In this document: positions 61,109-64,000 of the stretch, piece by piece
Layout of the letters: every line of letters starts with the position of its first letter
Numbering within the stretch: position 1 is the first letter of the stretch
DNA from: Chiloscyllium plagiosum
Taxonomy: Eukaryota
DNA length: 64,000 nt
Assembly (NCBI RefSeq): GCF_004010195.1
Contig: NC_057719.1
Coordinates: 43,649,685-43,713,684, forward strand
Direction: 5' to 3'
Program-made: the position numbers and the translations under genes
Notes under the pieces: generated by a model
What the model was told of the DNA's origin: nothing
Seen by the model: only the letters and a program-made list of their open reading frames with translations
Databases searched by the model: none

Positions 61109-61717
61109 CAAAGATCAAACAGATTTGCATGATTAAGTTTTTTTTTTAAAACATGATAGTTAAAACTCTAACTTCTTAACTGGCTCTTTTGCAGCAGTAA
61201 TCAGGCTTCAAAAAGGAAGAATTAGGTCATGCCTACTATTAAAAATGCAAAGATTTTAAGGGACCACAACTGACAACACTTGGTCAGCACTCCATGTCAG
61301 TCATTGCTGTCTCAGAACTTGCAAACTAAGAATCTCATCATGAAATGCCAGAGGGTCATGGCCATGGTTTGCAAAGCACACGTAACAGATTTGTAAAAGC
61401 AAAATAATGCTCGACCAATCTAATGGAATTTTTGATGAAGTAACCGAGAAGGGTGTTGAAGGGAATGAGAGAGATGTTATGCAGATTTTAAGAAAGCTTT
61501 GACAAGGATGTATACAAAAGGAATGACCTACAAAATAAGGATTATGGAACAGGAGAATTAGTGCTCAACTGGATAAAAATTGGCTTATGGACAGAAGGCA
61601 ACAAATCACAATAGATGGTTATTTTGCAGACTGCAGGGCAGAAACTGTGGTATTCCCCAACAGTGAGTGCGAAGACCACAGTTTATTTTTGCAACATAAT
61701 TGACTTGATATTGGAAT

Positions 61718-63865
61718 AGAACAAAACAGCGCAGAACAGGCCCTTCGGCCCTTGATGGTGCGCCAACCTGTGAACTAATCTAAGCTCGTCCCCCTACACT
61801 ATCCCATCATCATCCATATGCTTATCCAAAGATTGTTTAAATCTCCGTGGCGGATTTAACTACATTGGCAGGCAGGCTATTCCACTCCCTTACCACTCTG
61901 AATAAAGAACCTGCCTTTGACATCTGTCTTAAATCTATCACCCCTCAATTTGTAGTTATGCCCCCTCGTACAAGCTGACATCATCATCCTTGGAAAAAGA
62001 CTTTCACTGTCTACTCTATCTAATTCTCTGATTGTCTTGTATGCCTATATCAAATCCCCTCTAAGCTTTCTTCTTTCCAATGAGAACAGGTTCAAGTCTC
62101 TCAGCCTTTCCTCATAAGAGTTTCCTTCCACACCAGGCAACATCCTGGTAAATCTCCTCTGCACCTTTTCCAATGTTCCACATCCTTCCTGCAATGGGGC
62201 GACCAGAACTGTGCATAATATTCCAAATGAGGCCGCACTAGCATTTTATATAGTTGCAGCATGATATTGCGACTCCGGAACTTAATCCCTCTACGAATAA
62301 AACCTAACACACCGTATGCCTTCTTAACAGCACTGTCATCCTGGGTGGCAACTTTCAGGGGTCTATGTACATGGACTCCAAGATTACTCTGCACATCCAC
62401 ACTACCAAGAATCTTTCCATTGACCCAGTACTCTGCCTTCCTATTATTCTTCCCAAAGTGAATGACCTCACAGTTAGCTGCATTGAACTCCATTTGCCAC
62501 CTCACAGCCCAATTCTGCAGTTTATCCAAGTCCCCCTGCAACCTGTAACATTCTTCCACACTATCCACTACTCCACCGAATTTAGTGTCATCTGCAAACT
62601 TACTAACCCATCCACCTATGCTTGCTCTAAGTCTTTTATAAAAGTGTCCAAACACAGATCCTTGTGGCACACCACTAGTAACCGGACTCCAAACTGAATA
62701 TTTTCCATCAGTCACCATTCACTGCCTTCTTTCATAAAGCCAGTTTCTAATCCAAACTGCTAAATCATCCTCAATCCCGTGCCTCCGCATTTTCTCCAAC
62801 AGCCTACCATATGGAACCTTATCAAAGGCTTTACTGAAGTCCATGTGTACTACGTCAACTGCCCTACCCTCATCTACATGCTTGGTCACCTTCTCAGAAA
62901 ACTCAATGAGTTTTGAGAGACACGACTTGCGCTTGACAAAACCATGTTGACTATCTGAAATCAAATTGTTGCTTGCTAGATTATAAATCCTACCCCTTAT
63001 AATCCTTTCCAAAGCTTTTCTTACAACAGACGTAAGACTCACTGGTCAATAATTACCTGGGTCATTTTGTACTGCCCTTCTTGAACAAGGGCACAACATT
63101 TGCAATCCTCCAGACCTCTGATACTAAACCTGTAGACAATGACAACTCAAAGATCAAATCCAAAGGTTCCAACACCTCTTCCCTAGCTTCCCAGAGAATC
63201 CTCGGATAAATCCCATCCGGCCCAGGCGACTTGTCTAATTTCACTCCTAGAATTGATAACACCTCTTCCTTACTAACCTCAGTCCTTTCTAGTTTAATAT
63301 CTCATATCTCATTCAATGTCCTCTACAATATTCTCCTTTTCCTGAGTGAAAACCAATGAGAAATATTCATTTAGCACCTCTCTGATCTCCACAGAGTCCG
63401 CACACAACTTCCTATATCTGTCTTTGAATTGCCCTAGGCATCATTTTATTCCTCACATACCCTTCAGAAAGCTTTCAGTTGTCCTTTATTCTACCTCCTA
63501 AAGACTGCCCATGTCCTCTCTTTGCTCTTCTTAACTCTCTCCTTAAATCCTTCCTAGCTAATCTGTAACTCTCCATGGTTCAGATGAGACGATGTTGTCT
63601 CATCAACACATAAAGCCTCCTTCTTCTGCTTAACAAAAGATGCAATTTCTGTAGCAAACCACGGTTCCCTTACCTTATCACTTACCCCCCCCCCCACCAC
63701 CACTGCCTGACAGGGACATACCTATCAAGGATATGCAATATCTGTTCCTTAAACCCGCTCCACATTTCGATCGTCCTTATCCCCTGCATTTTGCAACCCC
63801 ATTCTATGCATCCTAAGGCTTACCTAATCGCATTATAACTGCCCTTGTCCCATCGATAACTCTTA
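61718..63865 (-). mobile_element. CR1 LINE, about 2.1 kb of ORF2, frameshifted
   Basis: ORFs 63062 (KSPGPDGIYPRIL), 62719 ([10 protein letters not shown]), 62101 (GVPQGSV, KFADDTK). Confidence 0.9.
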
Positions 63866-64000
63866 CAGAACAAAATTTCAAAATTTATAAATTATTCCAA
63901 AATTGAATGAATGGCAAACAGGAATAGACAGGCTAGTTTACCCATGGAGGAGCTGGAAGCAGAAATAAGATTTTTAAAATTTGAATGGGCAATTGAAGGA

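Noticed and set aside
1..64000. CRISPR arrays, operons, rRNA, snoRNA or miRNA genes
   Set aside because: Eukaryotic intronic DNA; no repeat-spacer array or recognisable structured RNA gene seen by eye (a covariance-model search was not possible)

Overview
AT-rich, CpG-poor vertebrate genomic DNA. HE1/V-type SINEs and HER1/CR1-type LINE tails point to a shark (inference). The whole window lies inside one minus-strand gene, MAP4K5 (KHS1/GCKR, STE20 GCK-I family). I mapped by hand 18 GT-AG exons that splice in frame from kinase subdomain VIII (60116) through the proline-rich linker into the CNH domain (868); the 5' and 3' exons lie outside the window. Three additional exon candidates not shown in the ORF track are the most interesting signal: a 3-nt microexon (8314-8316) that inserts one Glu in the CNH domain; a 92-nt MAP4K3-like exon (30802-30893) with the same phase as its 62-nt neighbour, suggesting a mutually exclusive pair; and a MAP4K3-like 38-nt exon (22955-22992) that is one base short of frame. 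Introns are filled with CR1, Rex1/Babar, RTE and Penelope-like elements, SINEs and LTR remnants. These include several TSD-flanked hairpin Penelope mini-insertions with hammerhead-like cores, nested insertions, and a head-to-head LINE-SINE chimera. Protein comparisons are from recalled sequences; no database was searched.
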